64,000 nucleotides of DNA. Source: Eledone cirrhosa (taxonomy: Eukaryota). Positions 52,335 to 64,000 of the stretch are shown here, piece after piece. The first letter of the stretch is position 1; every line of letters starts with the position of its first letter. The notes under the pieces are model-generated. The model ran no database searches, was not told the DNA's origin, and was given only the letters and a program-made list of their open reading frames with translations. The DNA lies in NCBI GenBank assembly GCA_964016885.1, contig OZ024757.1, positions 1,736,001-1,800,000 of the forward strand. Direction: 5' to 3'. Both the position numbers and the translations under genes were made by a program.

Positions 52335-55238
52335 ATACCAGAAGACGTGACAGAGTATCTGTTGTAAACACTAAATCCCTCCCCCATGAAGAATGCACCT
52401 CCCAACATAGACTGATAATTAGCGACCTCATAGTCAGGACGAGACGTACTAGACAGCAGAAGAGGACTATCCTCAGGAGAAAAATATGGAAGCTAAAGGA
52501 TCCCACAGCCAGAAATAAATTTCAAAGCATATTACTTGATGCTTTCGACAGTAAGGAAGAGCAATTAGAGTCGTACAAGGTAGAGGAACAGTGGGAATTC
52601 CTCAAAGCAAACCTGCTGATGGCGGCAGATGAAGTCTGTGGCTGGAGCAGGCCTGTAGGCAGGAGGAGAGTAACATGATGGTGGAACAGTAAGGTGGAGG
52701 GGTCAATCAAGGCCAAAAAGCAGGCTTGGAAAGCATGGCGGGATGGGGGAAGTAGAGAAGACTATCAAGTGGCCAGGAGGGAAGCTAGGAGACAAGTGTA
52801 CTTCGCAAGAAGTTAAGCAGAGGAAAGAAAGTTCAAGCATGTTCTACAACGCAAGGACCAAAAACGCGAGGTGTTCAGGATTGCTAGGCAATGTGTCAAG
52901 GAAAACCGTGATATTGTCGGGGAGAAGTGTGTACTTAACGATGATGGCATACTTGCCATCACTGACGCTGATAAGAAGGTAGCTTGGAAGTGTCACTACG
53001 AAAGGCTACTAAATGAGGAGAATAAATGGGAGAAAGACAGTCTCCCCCACATCAACCCAATAGAGGGACCAGCAGTGTTAGTCGAAGGTAGTATAATAAG
53101 TAAGGCAATCAAAGATATGAAGACGGGTAAGGCGGCTGGGCCTTCAGAAATAGTTGCTGAGATGCTGAAAGCCTCTGGTACGGTGGGACACACCATGGTC
53201 ACCCGGATAGTAAACCAAGTCATACAGAATGGGGTTGTTCCGAAGGACTGGCGTAGCAGCATCATCGTTAACTGTTACAAGGGTAAAGGAGATGCCCTAG
53301 ATAGGAGTAACTATAGAGGCATTAAATTAATCGACCAGGTCATGAAGGTCACGGAAAAAGTAATAGCGCAACTAATCAGAGAAAGAATTGATCTAGATGA
53401 AATGCAGTTCAGGTTTGTGTCAGGCAAAAGTACCACAGATGCTCTTTTCATTGTACGACAACTACAGGAGAAGTACCTAGCTAAAAGTAAACCCCTATAC
53501 TTAGCTTTTGTCGACTTGGAGAAAGCCTTCGACAGAGTCCCCCGTTCCATTATCTGGTGGGCTCTTAGAAAACTAGGTGTTGATGAATGGCTTGTGAGAG
53601 CTATACAAGCCATGTATAAAGAAACAGTCAGCAAGGTTAGAATTAACAACGAATATAGTGAAGAGTTTAGCGTAAAAGTTGGTGTCCATCAGGGCTCTGT
53701 TCTTAGCCCCCTACTATTTATTATTGCCCTTCAGGCTATAACAGAGGAGTTCAAGACTGGCTGCCCATGGGAACTCCTATACGCGGATGATCTAACGCTC
53801 ATAGCTGAATCAATGGCCGAGCTAGAGAAGAAATTCCAAACATGGAAGCATGGCCTAGAATCAAAAGGCCTTAAAATTAACCTGGCTAAGACTAAAGTTC
53901 TAGTTTGTAGGAAAGAAAATAACGCACCGGTCCCTTCCGGGAAATGGCCATGCTCAGTGTGTAGGAAAGGCGTAGGTAGAAACTCCATTTTATGTCCCAA
54001 ATGCAAAGTATGGGTGCATAAAAGATGTAGTGGGATCACAGGTAAGCTAACTAAGAACACAGATTTTACATGTGCCCGGTGCTCTGGTGCAATAAGTAGC
54101 AGCAAGTGCCCACAAAATACTGGCTCTTTCAATTGCGCAGAGGGTTCTATAGAAATAGTGGACAGCTTCCGTTACCTGGGTGACAAAATCAGCAGTGGGG
54201 GAGGGTGCTCTGAAAGTACAGTAGCTAGAGTCAGAACTGGATGGAAAAAGTTCAGGGAGCTTATACCACTATTAGCCGCTAAAGGGTTCTCCCTAAAAAT
54301 GAAAGGCAGGTTGTATGATGCCTGCATACGAACAGCAATGTTGCATGGCAGTGAGACCTGGGCATTGTGTGCAGAGGATATACGCAGACTGGAGAGGAAC
54401 GAAGCTTGCATGCTCCGCTGGATGTGTAATAGTAATATACGTGAACGGCAAAGCATAAACGAACTAAGGAAAAAATTAGAAATAAGAGGGATCAGATGTT
54501 GTTTACTCGAGAGAAGGCTACGTTGGTATGGTCATGTGATGCGCATGAAAGACGACAGCTGTATAACAAAGTGCAGGGCAATAAAGATAGATGGTAGCCA
54601 CGGAGTAGGCAGACCCAGAAAAACCTGGGACGAGCTGATAAATTCCGACCTCACACACTTACACCTCTCCAAGACAATGTCACTGGACCGAGACCTTTGG
54701 CGGTACTCAGTAACAGAGAAGACCCGCCTTACCTAAATATAAAGTAAAACCTACTACAGTCAGTAGGCATCTCTAACAAAATACACCCCCGTCCCACCAC
54801 CCCCACCCCATCCACACCGCCCCTTTCAATGCAAAGTTATGTTGGTGCCACAACATCCAGGCCGAAACAAATGAGATCGTGTACGTGTCACAACAAAAAA
54901 CACACAGTCCACGCTGTAATGTGGCCGTGTAGGCAACACGGTAAAAACCTCCCAGTCCCACACTGTAAATGTGGTTTGTGTTAGGAAGGGCATCCAGCTG
55001 TAGAAAACACGCCAGACAGTCCACGCTGTAATGTGGCCGTGTAGGCAACACGGTAAAAACCTCCCAGCCCCACACTGTAAATGTGGTTGGTGTTAGGAAG
55101 GGCATCCAGCTGTAGAAAACCCGCCAGACAGTCCTATGCGAGCAAGACAACCACTCTAGCCTCAAGTGGGAAAACCCCCGTCCAAACCCATGCAAGCGTG
55201 GAACATGGACGTTAAACGATGATGATGATGATGATGAT
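52335..55238 (+). mobile_element. RTE LINE, second family, 5'-truncated (ORF 52871-54736)
   Basis: Full RT motif set including LYADD, C4HC3 finger, internally repetitive 3' UTR and (GAT)n tail. Stop and frameshift upstream. Confidence 0.95.
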
Positions 55239-55244
55239 ATATAT

Positions 55245-56515
55245 ATGAATTTGTTTAGCAAGATTCTTTATCTGAAAACGTGTGTTGAAACCGATATTGT
55301 TATACTTTGGGAGGGTCATGTTGCCAATAAGAAACACACGCATCAGTTGCTTTCACTTCAATTTATTTTTATAAATTTAGGAATTTATAAATTTCCGGTT
55401 GGTTGGTTGGTTCCACAACCAGATGGTTGTTTATATATTGTCAAAGTTCTTTCGTCACACATTCTATGACTTCTTCAGTGACTGGGGATTCTTTTCTTTG
55501 TTTTTGTGCCTCTCCTTTGTTCTGTCCTACGCCATCTCGTTTCTGTGTGAATGTTGTGTGCTCAGTCTGCGCATGCGCTACATCCGGGTGTTTGTGTGTG
55601 TTTATATTCGTTTATTTATTTGTTTATTTACATGTTACTGGTTCGTTGTTTGTTCTATGTGTGTGTGTGTTTTCATTTTGTCCTTAATTGTAAGTTGTGA
55701 TGTTGCTGTTCCACTCATGTTTTTTATTTAATTTTGGTTGTAATTCTTTTATGTTTATTGCCTCTGTTATTTGTCTAAACATTGCGTCTTTTCTGTGTGT
55801 GAGATTCTATTTTTATTTCTATGTTCTCTAATTTACCCTTATGTTCTATTTTAGCATGTTGGTGGAGTACAGATGATTCTTTTTTATCTTGAAGGTCTCG
55901 CCAGTGTTCATTTATCCGTTCTCCTATACTACGAGCTGTGTCACATATGTACACTATATTCTTATCTCTACATTGTCCTTCAGTACATCTTATGCTATAT
56001 ACTACATTTCTAGTTTTACAGTTAATATGGGGGCTTAATTTACAGGTTATACATTTCTTATCTATACAGGGAGGTCTTTGAAAAGGGTATGTCTTGCTAA
56101 TAAGTGTTTTTATGGAGGTACCTGGTCTTTCTACTATCTTAATATTGAGTTTATGTTTATCTAGGGCCCTTCTAAATTTGTAAGCTAATTCACCTCTAGG
56201 GGTTGTATCGATGAGCATTACACTCTGGTATTTATTGCTATCATCCCATGAGTTTATTCTATTAGCCTTATTCCTAGTATTAGCCTTATTCCTAGCTGGG
56301 ACAAAGAAAAGAATCCCCAGTCACTGAAGAGGTCACAGAATGTGTGACGAAAGAACTTTGACAATATATAAACAACCATCTGGTTGTGGAACCAACCAAC
56401 CAACCGGAAATTTATAAATTCCTAAATTTATAAATTTATTATAATAAATTGAAGTGAAAGTAACTGGTGCGTGTGTTTCTTATTGGCAACATGACCCTCC
56501 CAAAGTATAACAATA
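55245..56515 (-). mobile_element. PLE 3' fragment (GIY-YIG ORF 55775-56218) with inverted pseudo-LTR
   Basis: NVVYSIRC..IVYICDTARSIGERINEH. 56300-56515 is an inverted copy of about 55296-55502. HHR GUCA-CUGAAGA..GAAA-GAAC-UU|UGAC at 55440-55482 (-) and 56320-56362 (+). Confidence 0.85.
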
Positions 56516-56539
56516 TATATATATATAGAAAATATATAT

Positions 56540-57390
56540 ATAGAAAAGAGGACAAAACTCTAATTCCGTCAGGGAAATGGCCGTGTTCGATATGCAGAAA
56601 AGGAACTGGCATAAATTCTATAAAATGCACACAATGCAGATCCTGGGTACACAAGAGATGTAGCGGGATAGCAGGCAAACTAACAGGTAGGGAGAAATAT
56701 GTATGCAGTAGATGTACAGGGAAATTAGACAGTAGAAGTCGCACTGATAGACACATTTTTGAAATGCAAGAGGGCGCTATAGAAGTGGTGGATAGCTTCC
56801 GGTACCTAGGAGATCAGATTAGCATGGGAGGAGGGTGTTCCAAGGCCATAGTATCTAGAATAAGGACGGGTTGGAAGAAGTTTAGGGAGCTGCTTCCTCT
56901 GTTGACGAAGAAGGGTTTCTCTCTGCATACGAAAGGCCGGTTGTATGATGCCTGTGTGAGGAGCGCGATGCTGCATGGTAGTGAGACATGGGCAGCAACT
57001 GCAGAGGATATGCGATGGCTGGAGAGAAATGAGGCAAGCATGCTCCGTTGGATGTGCAGTGTAAATGCGCGTGAACGACCCAGCATAAATGTGTTGAGAG
57101 AGAAACTGTGTCTGAGAGGGATAGAATGTAGTGTATGGGAGAGGAGACTGAGGTGGTATGGACATGTGATGCGCATGGAGGATGACCGATGGGTGAAGAA
57201 GTGCCAGGAATTGCCAGTTGAAGGAAGACGTGGTAGAGGTAGACCACGAAAAACATGGGCGGAGGTGGTGAGAACAGACCTCAGATCATTGAAGCTCACG
57301 GTGGAGATGACGAGGGACCGTGGCGAGTGGAGAGATGCTGTGCTGAATAAGACCCGTCCCACCCTTGCAAGAGGGAAAAGCGGACATAAA

Positions 57391-57427
<37 letters not shown>
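56540..57427 (+). mobile_element. RTE LINE, third family, 3' fragment
   Basis: C4HC3 finger plus RTE C-terminus. The (GAT)n tail is almost abutting the ORF end. Confidence 0.92.
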
Positions 57428-57428
<1 letters not shown>

Positions 57429-57432
57429 ATAT

Positions 57433-58030
57433 ATATGAAAGACATAAAATAAGAAAATTATAAAAATTAACTTACTTACTAAAATTTCACTCCAACTAAT
57501 TAGTTTCTGAAAGGGAATAAACATGGTTTCCGAAGGAACGCATGGAGAAAGCCTTTCGTCATCAGGGAAGTCTATTCTCAGCTAAGTTCCCAGGCAATGC
57601 GTGGACACAAGGAACTTATACAAAAATAATTCAGAGGATGGAAAAAAGCAAAGCGTGGACTAAGTTCCAAGACATTGAAAAAATCACTGCCTGCTTGGTC
57701 GGTTGCAAAGTCAAAAGAATCAATCACGTGACATTGAGGTTAATCAGTGAGGTGTTAAGAAGACAGCAGCCAAACCATTACTATGAACTATAGTATCAGT
57801 TTATGCGTTCCTTTGGAAACCATGTTTATTTCCTTTCAGAAACTAATTAGTTGGAGTGAAATTTTAGTAAGTAAGTTAATTTTTATAATTTTCTTATTTT
57901 ACGTCTTTCATATAATTGTTCTGCATCCCCTTGCATTGAACCACAAAGTTACTAAGACAAAACCTATATATTTGCTAGCATAGGTATGCACCTGTATATA
58001 CATGTTGGTAGATATACTAATTCTTTATAT
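57433..58030. mobile_element. Probable PLE pseudo-LTR pair in inverted orientation
   Basis: 57433-57542 is inverted relative to 57803-57912. Minus strand has a CUGAUGA..GAAAC core at about 57520-57563. Confidence 0.6.
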
Positions 58031-58034
58031 ATAT

Positions 58035-58068
<34 letters not shown>

Positions 58069-58371
58069 ATAAAGAAAAAGAGATGAAATCGAAAATGCAA
58101 CTGGAGTCTTATTTTTTTTTAAAATATATATATTTATTTGGTTCCTTTACCGGTTTCGCAGTTCTTCTGCTTTAAAAACCACAGACCCTCCATCTCAACT
58201 CTACTTTTGAAAAGCAGAAGAACTGCGAAACCGGTAAAGGAACCAAATAAATATATATATTTTTTTTAAAAATAAGACTCCAGTTGCATTTTCGATTTCA
58301 TCTCTTTTTCTTTATACTTTCACTTGTGTAGGACACCTCAGTTATTTTTCAATTTGTAAAAAAAACCTCAC

Positions 58372-58380
<9 letters not shown>
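58069..58380. mobile_element. Small HHR-variant element with 5' inverted duplication
   Basis: 58069-58173 / 58211-58315 inverted. Related copy at 32340-32545. Flanked by (TA)n. Confidence 0.7.
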
Positions 58381-58415
<35 letters not shown>

Positions 58416-58433
58416 GTATGTATCTATCAGGAA

Positions 58434-58482
58434 GCTTCCTGATGATTTCTCCCAAATGAAACAGTTCTAGTCCTGTAGAAGC
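58434..58482 (+). ncRNA. Type I hammerhead ribozyme
   Basis: GCUUC-CUGAUGA-UUU CUCCC AAA U-GAAA-CAG UUCUAGUC CUG-UA|GAAGC. A 5'-truncated homolog lies at 15755-15797. Confidence 0.78.
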
Positions 58483-58824
58483 CTTTCTATATTAAATATA
58501 TATATATATCATCATCATTGTCGTTTTTATGTCCATTCTCTCACACTTGCATGGGTTGGACAGGTCCTTCTCAACACACCATCTCTCCACTTGTCATGTT
58601 CCTTCATCATCTCATGGCTTCTCTCCAGATTACACATGTCCTCTGCAGTCACAGCCCATGTCTCACCACCATGTAGCATCACAACCTCCACATGTCCTCT
58701 GCAGTCACAGCCCATGTTTCTATGTATCTACTCTGGTAGTTTACTTAACATTACCTATTGAGTACGCTGAGATGCAACTGGTACTAGCAGTAAAACCCAT
58801 CCTAGTCTCGTCAACTTATATATA

Positions 58825-60212
58825 TCATCATAATCATCCGCTTTTCCCTACTTGCAAGGGTGGGACGGGTCTTATTCAGCACAGCATCTCTCCACCTGTC
58901 ACAGTCCTTCATCATCTCCTCTGTCAGCTTCAGCGATCTGAGGTCTGCTCTCACCACCTCCGCCCATGTTTTTCGTGGTCTTCCTCTACTACGTCTTCCT
59001 TCTACTGGGATTTCTTGGCACTTCTTCAGCCATCGGTCATCCTCCATGCGCATCACATGTCTGTACCATCTCAGCCTTCTCTCCTGCACACCACAACTTA
59101 TCCCTCTTATACACAGTTTCTCTCTCAACATATCCATGCTGGGTCGTTCACTCACATTGACATTACACATCCAACGGAGCATGCTTGCCTCATTTCTCTC
59201 CAGCCGTCGCATATCCACTGCAGTTGCTGCCTATGTCTCACTACCATGCAGCATTGACCTCCTCACACAGGCATCATATAACTGGCTTTTCATGCGCAGG
59301 GAGAAACCCTTCTTTGTCAACAAAGGAAGCAGCTCCCTAAACTTCTTCCAACCTGTCCTTATTCTAGATACTATGCCCTCGGAACACCCCCTCCCATGCT
59401 AATCTGATTACCGAGGTACCGGAAGCTATCAACCACTTCTATAGAACCCACCTGCATTTGAAAAAAGTGTCTATCACTCGACAACTACTGCCAACTTTCC
59501 CTGTACATCTACTGCATACGTATTTCTCACTACCTGTTAGTTTGCCTGCCATCCCGCTACATCTCTTGTGTACCCAGGATCTGCATTGTGTACATTTTAT
59601 GGAATTTATGTCAGTTCCTTTTCTACATAGCCATTTCCCTGATAGAATCAGAGTATTGTCCTCTCTTCTACTTATCAACACTTTTGTCTTAGCTATGTTC
59701 ACTCCCAGTCCTCTTGATTCCAACTGCTGTTTCCAGAGCCAGAATTTATTCTCTAGCTCCTCTACTGATTCTGCTATAAGAGCATCTGATCATCAGCATA
59801 GAGAAGTTCCCATGGACAACCAGTCTTAAACTCCTCTGTTATGGCCTGGAGGACTATAATGAACAAGAGTGGGCTGAGGACCGAACCCTGATGTACACCT
59901 ACTTGTATCTGGAATTCCTCACTAAACTCCATTCCTATTCTCACTTTACTGACAGCACCCCTGTATATAGCTTGCACTGCCCTCACAAGCCATTCCTCTA
60001 CACCTAGTTTCCTTAGGGACCACCAGATGACAGATCACGGTACCCTATCAAAGGCCTTCTCTAGGTCAACAAAAGCTAAGTATAGTGGCTTATTCTTCTC
60101 TAAGAACCTCTCTTGTAGTTGTCTCACTAAAAAGAGGGCATCTGTTGTACTTTTCCGAGGCACAAAACCAAACTACATCTCATGTAATTTGACCCTTTCT
60201 CTAATTAGTTGT
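58825..60212 (-). mobile_element. RTE LINE (third family), decayed
   Basis: Fragments of AFVDLEKAFD, GVHQGSVLSP, LYADD, the finger and the C-terminus, with frameshifts. Short related tail at 58508-58715. Confidence 0.9.
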
Positions 60213-60618
60213 GTAGTGACCTACATTCTGCGGGCTCATATACATTCTCCATGCGATATTTGGCTCAGCCCAGCCAATGACCGCCAGCGGAGGAGAATGT
60301 ATCTCTACGCGCCCTGAGGGAAAAATTCCCGTGTCGATTCGAGAAATCGCTCTCTTGCTGCTCGAGCGCACTAAGGTAAAGACCACTTACTCTCTTGCTG
60401 CTTGAAAGCCGAAGGACCAACACAAACAATGTAACGGTGAGATTTTCACTTTGGCCTGCCGGCCTTCCTTGGGCCTGGCACAATGCCACATTCTTTTTGT
60501 AACCATTTTATGTTTAACTTCAACCATACAATTGAACAAACATTACTTTGTGCTACAACAAATAAACATACATTTCATCTCTTATTTCTGCTCTTGACAT
60601 CATTATTATGCTACACGT

Positions 60619-60863
60619 GGGCGGTGGATTGGCAGTATCGGTAGAGAGACGGACGCCATGCTTTCCAGCATAGTTACATCCCTTTACGATCTGAGTTCAA
60701 ATCCCGCCGAGGTTGACTTTGCCTTTCATCCTTACGGGGTCGATAAAATAAAGTACCAGTAATGCGCCGAGGTTAACTTTGCCTTTCATCCTTACGGGGT
60801 CAATAAAATAAAGTACCAGTAATGTACTGGGTAATTGCTGGCCTTGTGCCTAAAGTAGAAACA
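60619..60863 (+). mobile_element. Meta-domain-like SINE with long TSD and internal 60-bp duplication
   Basis: Flanked by ATTATTATGCTACACGTGG on both sides. Core duplicated at about 60705-60764 / 60765-60823. Confidence 0.85.
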
Positions 60864-60999
60864 ATTATTATGCTACACGTGGCGCTACTAACTATCACAT
60901 ATCTTAATCGCTAAAGTTGCACTAATATTCTCTCTGCTTCTTTCATAACCTGATCCATCAGCTTTAGGCCCCTATAATTATATATATATATATATATGT

Positions 61000-61037
<38 letters not shown>

Positions 61038-61492
61038 CAAAATCTGTCCACACCTTGACCCCTGGGTTACATTTAACAGTCATTTTCTGGATTATCTCCT
61101 TTCGGGTGTCAACAGGTCTGAGAGTGGACGACCTCTAAAGGTCAGCCCTTTGTTCTCAAGTCTTGAGACAGAGGAAGCAACAGATGTAAATAGCCTACCT
61201 TAGATCAGGCCAGGCAAGTTCAGAACAGTTCTTGATAGAGTAAACATGTAGACTATCACTATCTACAGACCCCTTGGGGTTTTACAGACTCTTACTCTCT
61301 CTCACTCAATCTCTATCTCTTGGTCTCTTTCTTAACCAAGCCAGTGAAGTTCATGGAGTTTTATTGGTAAATACAATTTAATTCTACTGTTACAAACAAA
61401 CAACGTACATAATTCTTGTGTATTTTTAGTATAGCTCCAGCGTCAGCTATTTTCAATAAATTAATGATATAGCAGTTTGGTGTCATCGTGGT

Positions 61493-62328
61493 TCATCATC
61501 ATCATCGTCAATTAACGTCAATCTTCCACGCTAGCATGGGTTAGACGGGTTAGTCCCATCTAGAAGCAAGTTGGGTCGGGTGACCGTGTATCGCTCATAT
61601 AAGAGAGTTTCTGGCTGGTTTTCTACGGCTAGATGCCCTTCCTAATGCCAACCACATTTACAGTGTGGACTGGGTACTTTTTGTCGTGACACCTACACGA
61701 TTCATTTATATATATTCATTTTCTGCGTGATCAAGGAATTATCATATCATCATCATCTTATTGAACACTTACTTACCTGTACCCATGTAACCTCTGGTCA
61801 CACTGTATCACACAACAGTGACCACACCACACAGCAAGCTACAAGTGAGCACACACACAATAAATGAATCAACACCAAAACACAATCAAATAACCAGCTT
61901 GAACATCAAAATCCTTGCTATATATATATATATATATATATATCATCATCATCATCATCATCATCACCGTTTTACATCCGTTCTTCCACGCTAGCATGGG
62001 TTAGACGGGTTGTCCTGTTGTGGGCAGTGTCTGGTCGGCTGACCATGCCTTGCTCATACAGGAACTGATCTGGCTTGATTTTTACAGCTTGATGCCCTTC
62101 CTAACACCAACCTCATTTACAGTGAGTGCTGGGTGCTTTTTCGTGGCGCCTACACGTCCACTTTACAGTGTGGGCTGGGTGCTTTTTTGCCGTGGCACCT
62201 CCACGACCACCTTGCGGTGGGTATGTCCATACCAGCGCAACCGCCTCTCCTGCACACAGCATTTGATTCCTCTTATGCTCAGTCTCTCTCTCAATTCATT
62301 TATGCTTTGTCGTTCACGTATATTACTG

Positions 62329-62331
<3 letters not shown>
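61493..62331 (-). mobile_element. Two RTE 3' tail fragments (61493-61700; 61943-62331, internally deleted)
   Basis: (CAT)n plus TTCCACGCTAGCATGGGTTAGACGGG tail sequence. Confidence 0.85.
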
Positions 62332-62395
<64 letters not shown>

Positions 62396-62556
62396 GCTGG
62401 TAGTTGTGGTGTTATAGTCAGTAGCACCACGAGTAATCAGTTTGGTAGAAGTATATGTTAGTCATATCGACAAACGAGTAGCATGATAATGATGTCAACA
62501 AGAAGAATGTTCGTGAGATGAAATGTATGTTTATTTTTGTTGTACAACAAAGTAAT

Positions 62557-62742
62557 TGTTTCTACTTTTGGCACAAGGCCATCAATTACCCAGTGCATTA
62601 CTGGTACTTTATTTTATCGACCCCGTAAGGATGAAAGGCAAAGTTAACCTCGGTGGGATTTGAACTCAGACCGCAAAGGGACGTAACTATGCTGGAAAGC
62701 ATGGCGTCCGACCCTCTACCGATACTGCCAAGCCACCACCCT
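62557..62742 (-). mobile_element. Meta-domain-like SINE with 17-bp TSD
   Basis: Flanked by TTGTACAACAAAGTAAT at 62540-62556 and 62743-62759. Confidence 0.85.
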
Positions 62743-63489
62743 TTGTACAACAAAGTAATGTTTGTTAATTTGTATGGTTGAAGTTAAACATAAAAGGGTT
62801 ACAAAAGGAATGTGCCATTGTGCCAGGCCCAAGGCAGGCCGGCAGGCCAAAGTGCAAATCTCACCGTTACATATTGTACGTGTCGGTCCTTCGACGTTCA
62901 AGCAGCAAGAGACCAAGTGGTCTTTACTATCCCATGGTCAGGATGCGAGAGACTGATTTCTCTAATTCACTCGGGAATTTCTCCCTCAGGGCACGTAGGG
63001 ATTCATTCTCTTCTGCTGGCGCTGATTGGCTGATCTGAGCCAAATCACGCACAGAGAATGTATATGAGCCCGTGGAATGTAGGTCACTACATATATATTC
63101 ATAAATGGCAATTTCTGTCTGTTTGTGAATCTAAAATTAAAAAAACTACCAAACCGATCTTGCTGAAATTTTTCAACACCACCTCATGTATGTGCGTGTA
63201 TATATATATATGTGTGTGTGTGTGTGTATATAAATATATATATGTGTATATATATATATGTATGTGTGTGTGTGTGTATATATATATATGTATGTGTATG
63301 TATATATGTGTTTAAAATACTGAAGTGTTTAAGTGAATGAATACTCAATACTGGTGTTCCAAAACAATATAAAAGAGATAATTGGCATTAAGGGTTTTGG
63401 AACAAAAGAAATAATTAGCAATAAGGGCAGGGGCCCCAGGTTATCACAGCCTAGGCCCGCCTGTCATCGTGCCACTGTAATAGAGCCAA

Positions 63490-64000
63490 ACAAGGCATTT
63501 AGTCTTGGCTGCTGGAACGTACGGACGCTACTTAACAGGGATTCCTTGGAACGTCCTGAACGAAGGACCGCTCTTGTTGCAAAGGAGCTTTGACGTTACG
63601 ATCTTGACATCGTAGCTTTATCTGAGACGAGGTTAGCTGGAGATGGTCATCTTACAGAATTTTGTGGAGAATATACATTCTTCTGGAAAGGAAGAGATGA
63701 AGGAACCAGAAGAGAGGCTGGGGTAGCATTGCTGTTGAGACTGCTCTTGTGGATAAATTAGAAGAATTCCCAGTGGGGATTAGTGAGCGTCTTATGTCCA
63801 TGAGAATTCCGCTGGACAAAGGAAGATATGCGACCCTGGTGAGTGTGTATGCTCCAACTATGAATTCTGTCGATGAAGAAAAAGTGTCCTTTTACCATGC
63901 CTTGAAAGTCATCGTGCTTAGTGACTTAAATGCTAGAGTGGGTAGGGATTTTAACACATGGAATGTAATCAGAAGGCATGGGTGGGAAAGTGTAAAAACA
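63490..64000 (+). mobile_element. 5' part of a BovB-like RTE LINE (APE endonuclease), decayed
   Basis: LGCWNVRTLL..PERRTALVAKEL*RYDLDIVALSETRLAG..YTFFWKG..SERLMSMRI..VSVYAPT..DLNARVG. Confidence 0.88.

Larger units (their letters stand above)
60212..63091. mobile_element. Pair of diverged ~400-bp inverted copies of an unclassified element
   Basis: TGTAGTGACCTACATTC... at 60212-60612 versus its diverged reverse complement at 62478-63091, ending GAATGTAGGTCACTACA. Confidence 0.65.

Noticed and set aside
61033-61394. Possible solo LTR (TGTAGCA...TGTTACA)
   Set aside because: No TSD, PBS or PPT, and no second copy in the window, so support is insufficient.

Overview
This window is not prokaryotic. 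It is repeat-saturated animal DNA with (TA)n/(CA)n/(CAT)n microsatellites, tRNA-derived SINEs and RTE LINEs, consistent with an octopus-like cephalopod (inference). Only one credible host gene segment is visible: a torsin-activator (TOR1AIP1/LAP1-LULL1 family) transmembrane plus luminal-domain ORF at 20700-21515. The rest is five large minisatellites, a Helitron with both ends, a DD37D (maT) Tc1/mariner remnant, a Merlin-type MITE, CRE-like and CR1/L2 fragments, many RTE LINE copies with an internal PHD finger, and several Penelope-like element (PLE) remnants. The main hidden signal is RNA structure. I found by eye at least 11 type I hammerhead ribozyme (HHR) motifs with a canonical core from about 8 different sequence families, plus core variants. 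Several sit in non-coding tandem-plus-inverted units in (TA)n. The best case is a 310-nt retrozyme-like array (36607-37851) whose inversion junction falls on the predicted self-cleavage site. Most ORFs in the supplied track are artefacts of repeats or are antisense to transposon genes. All coordinates were read manually and may be off by a few bases.
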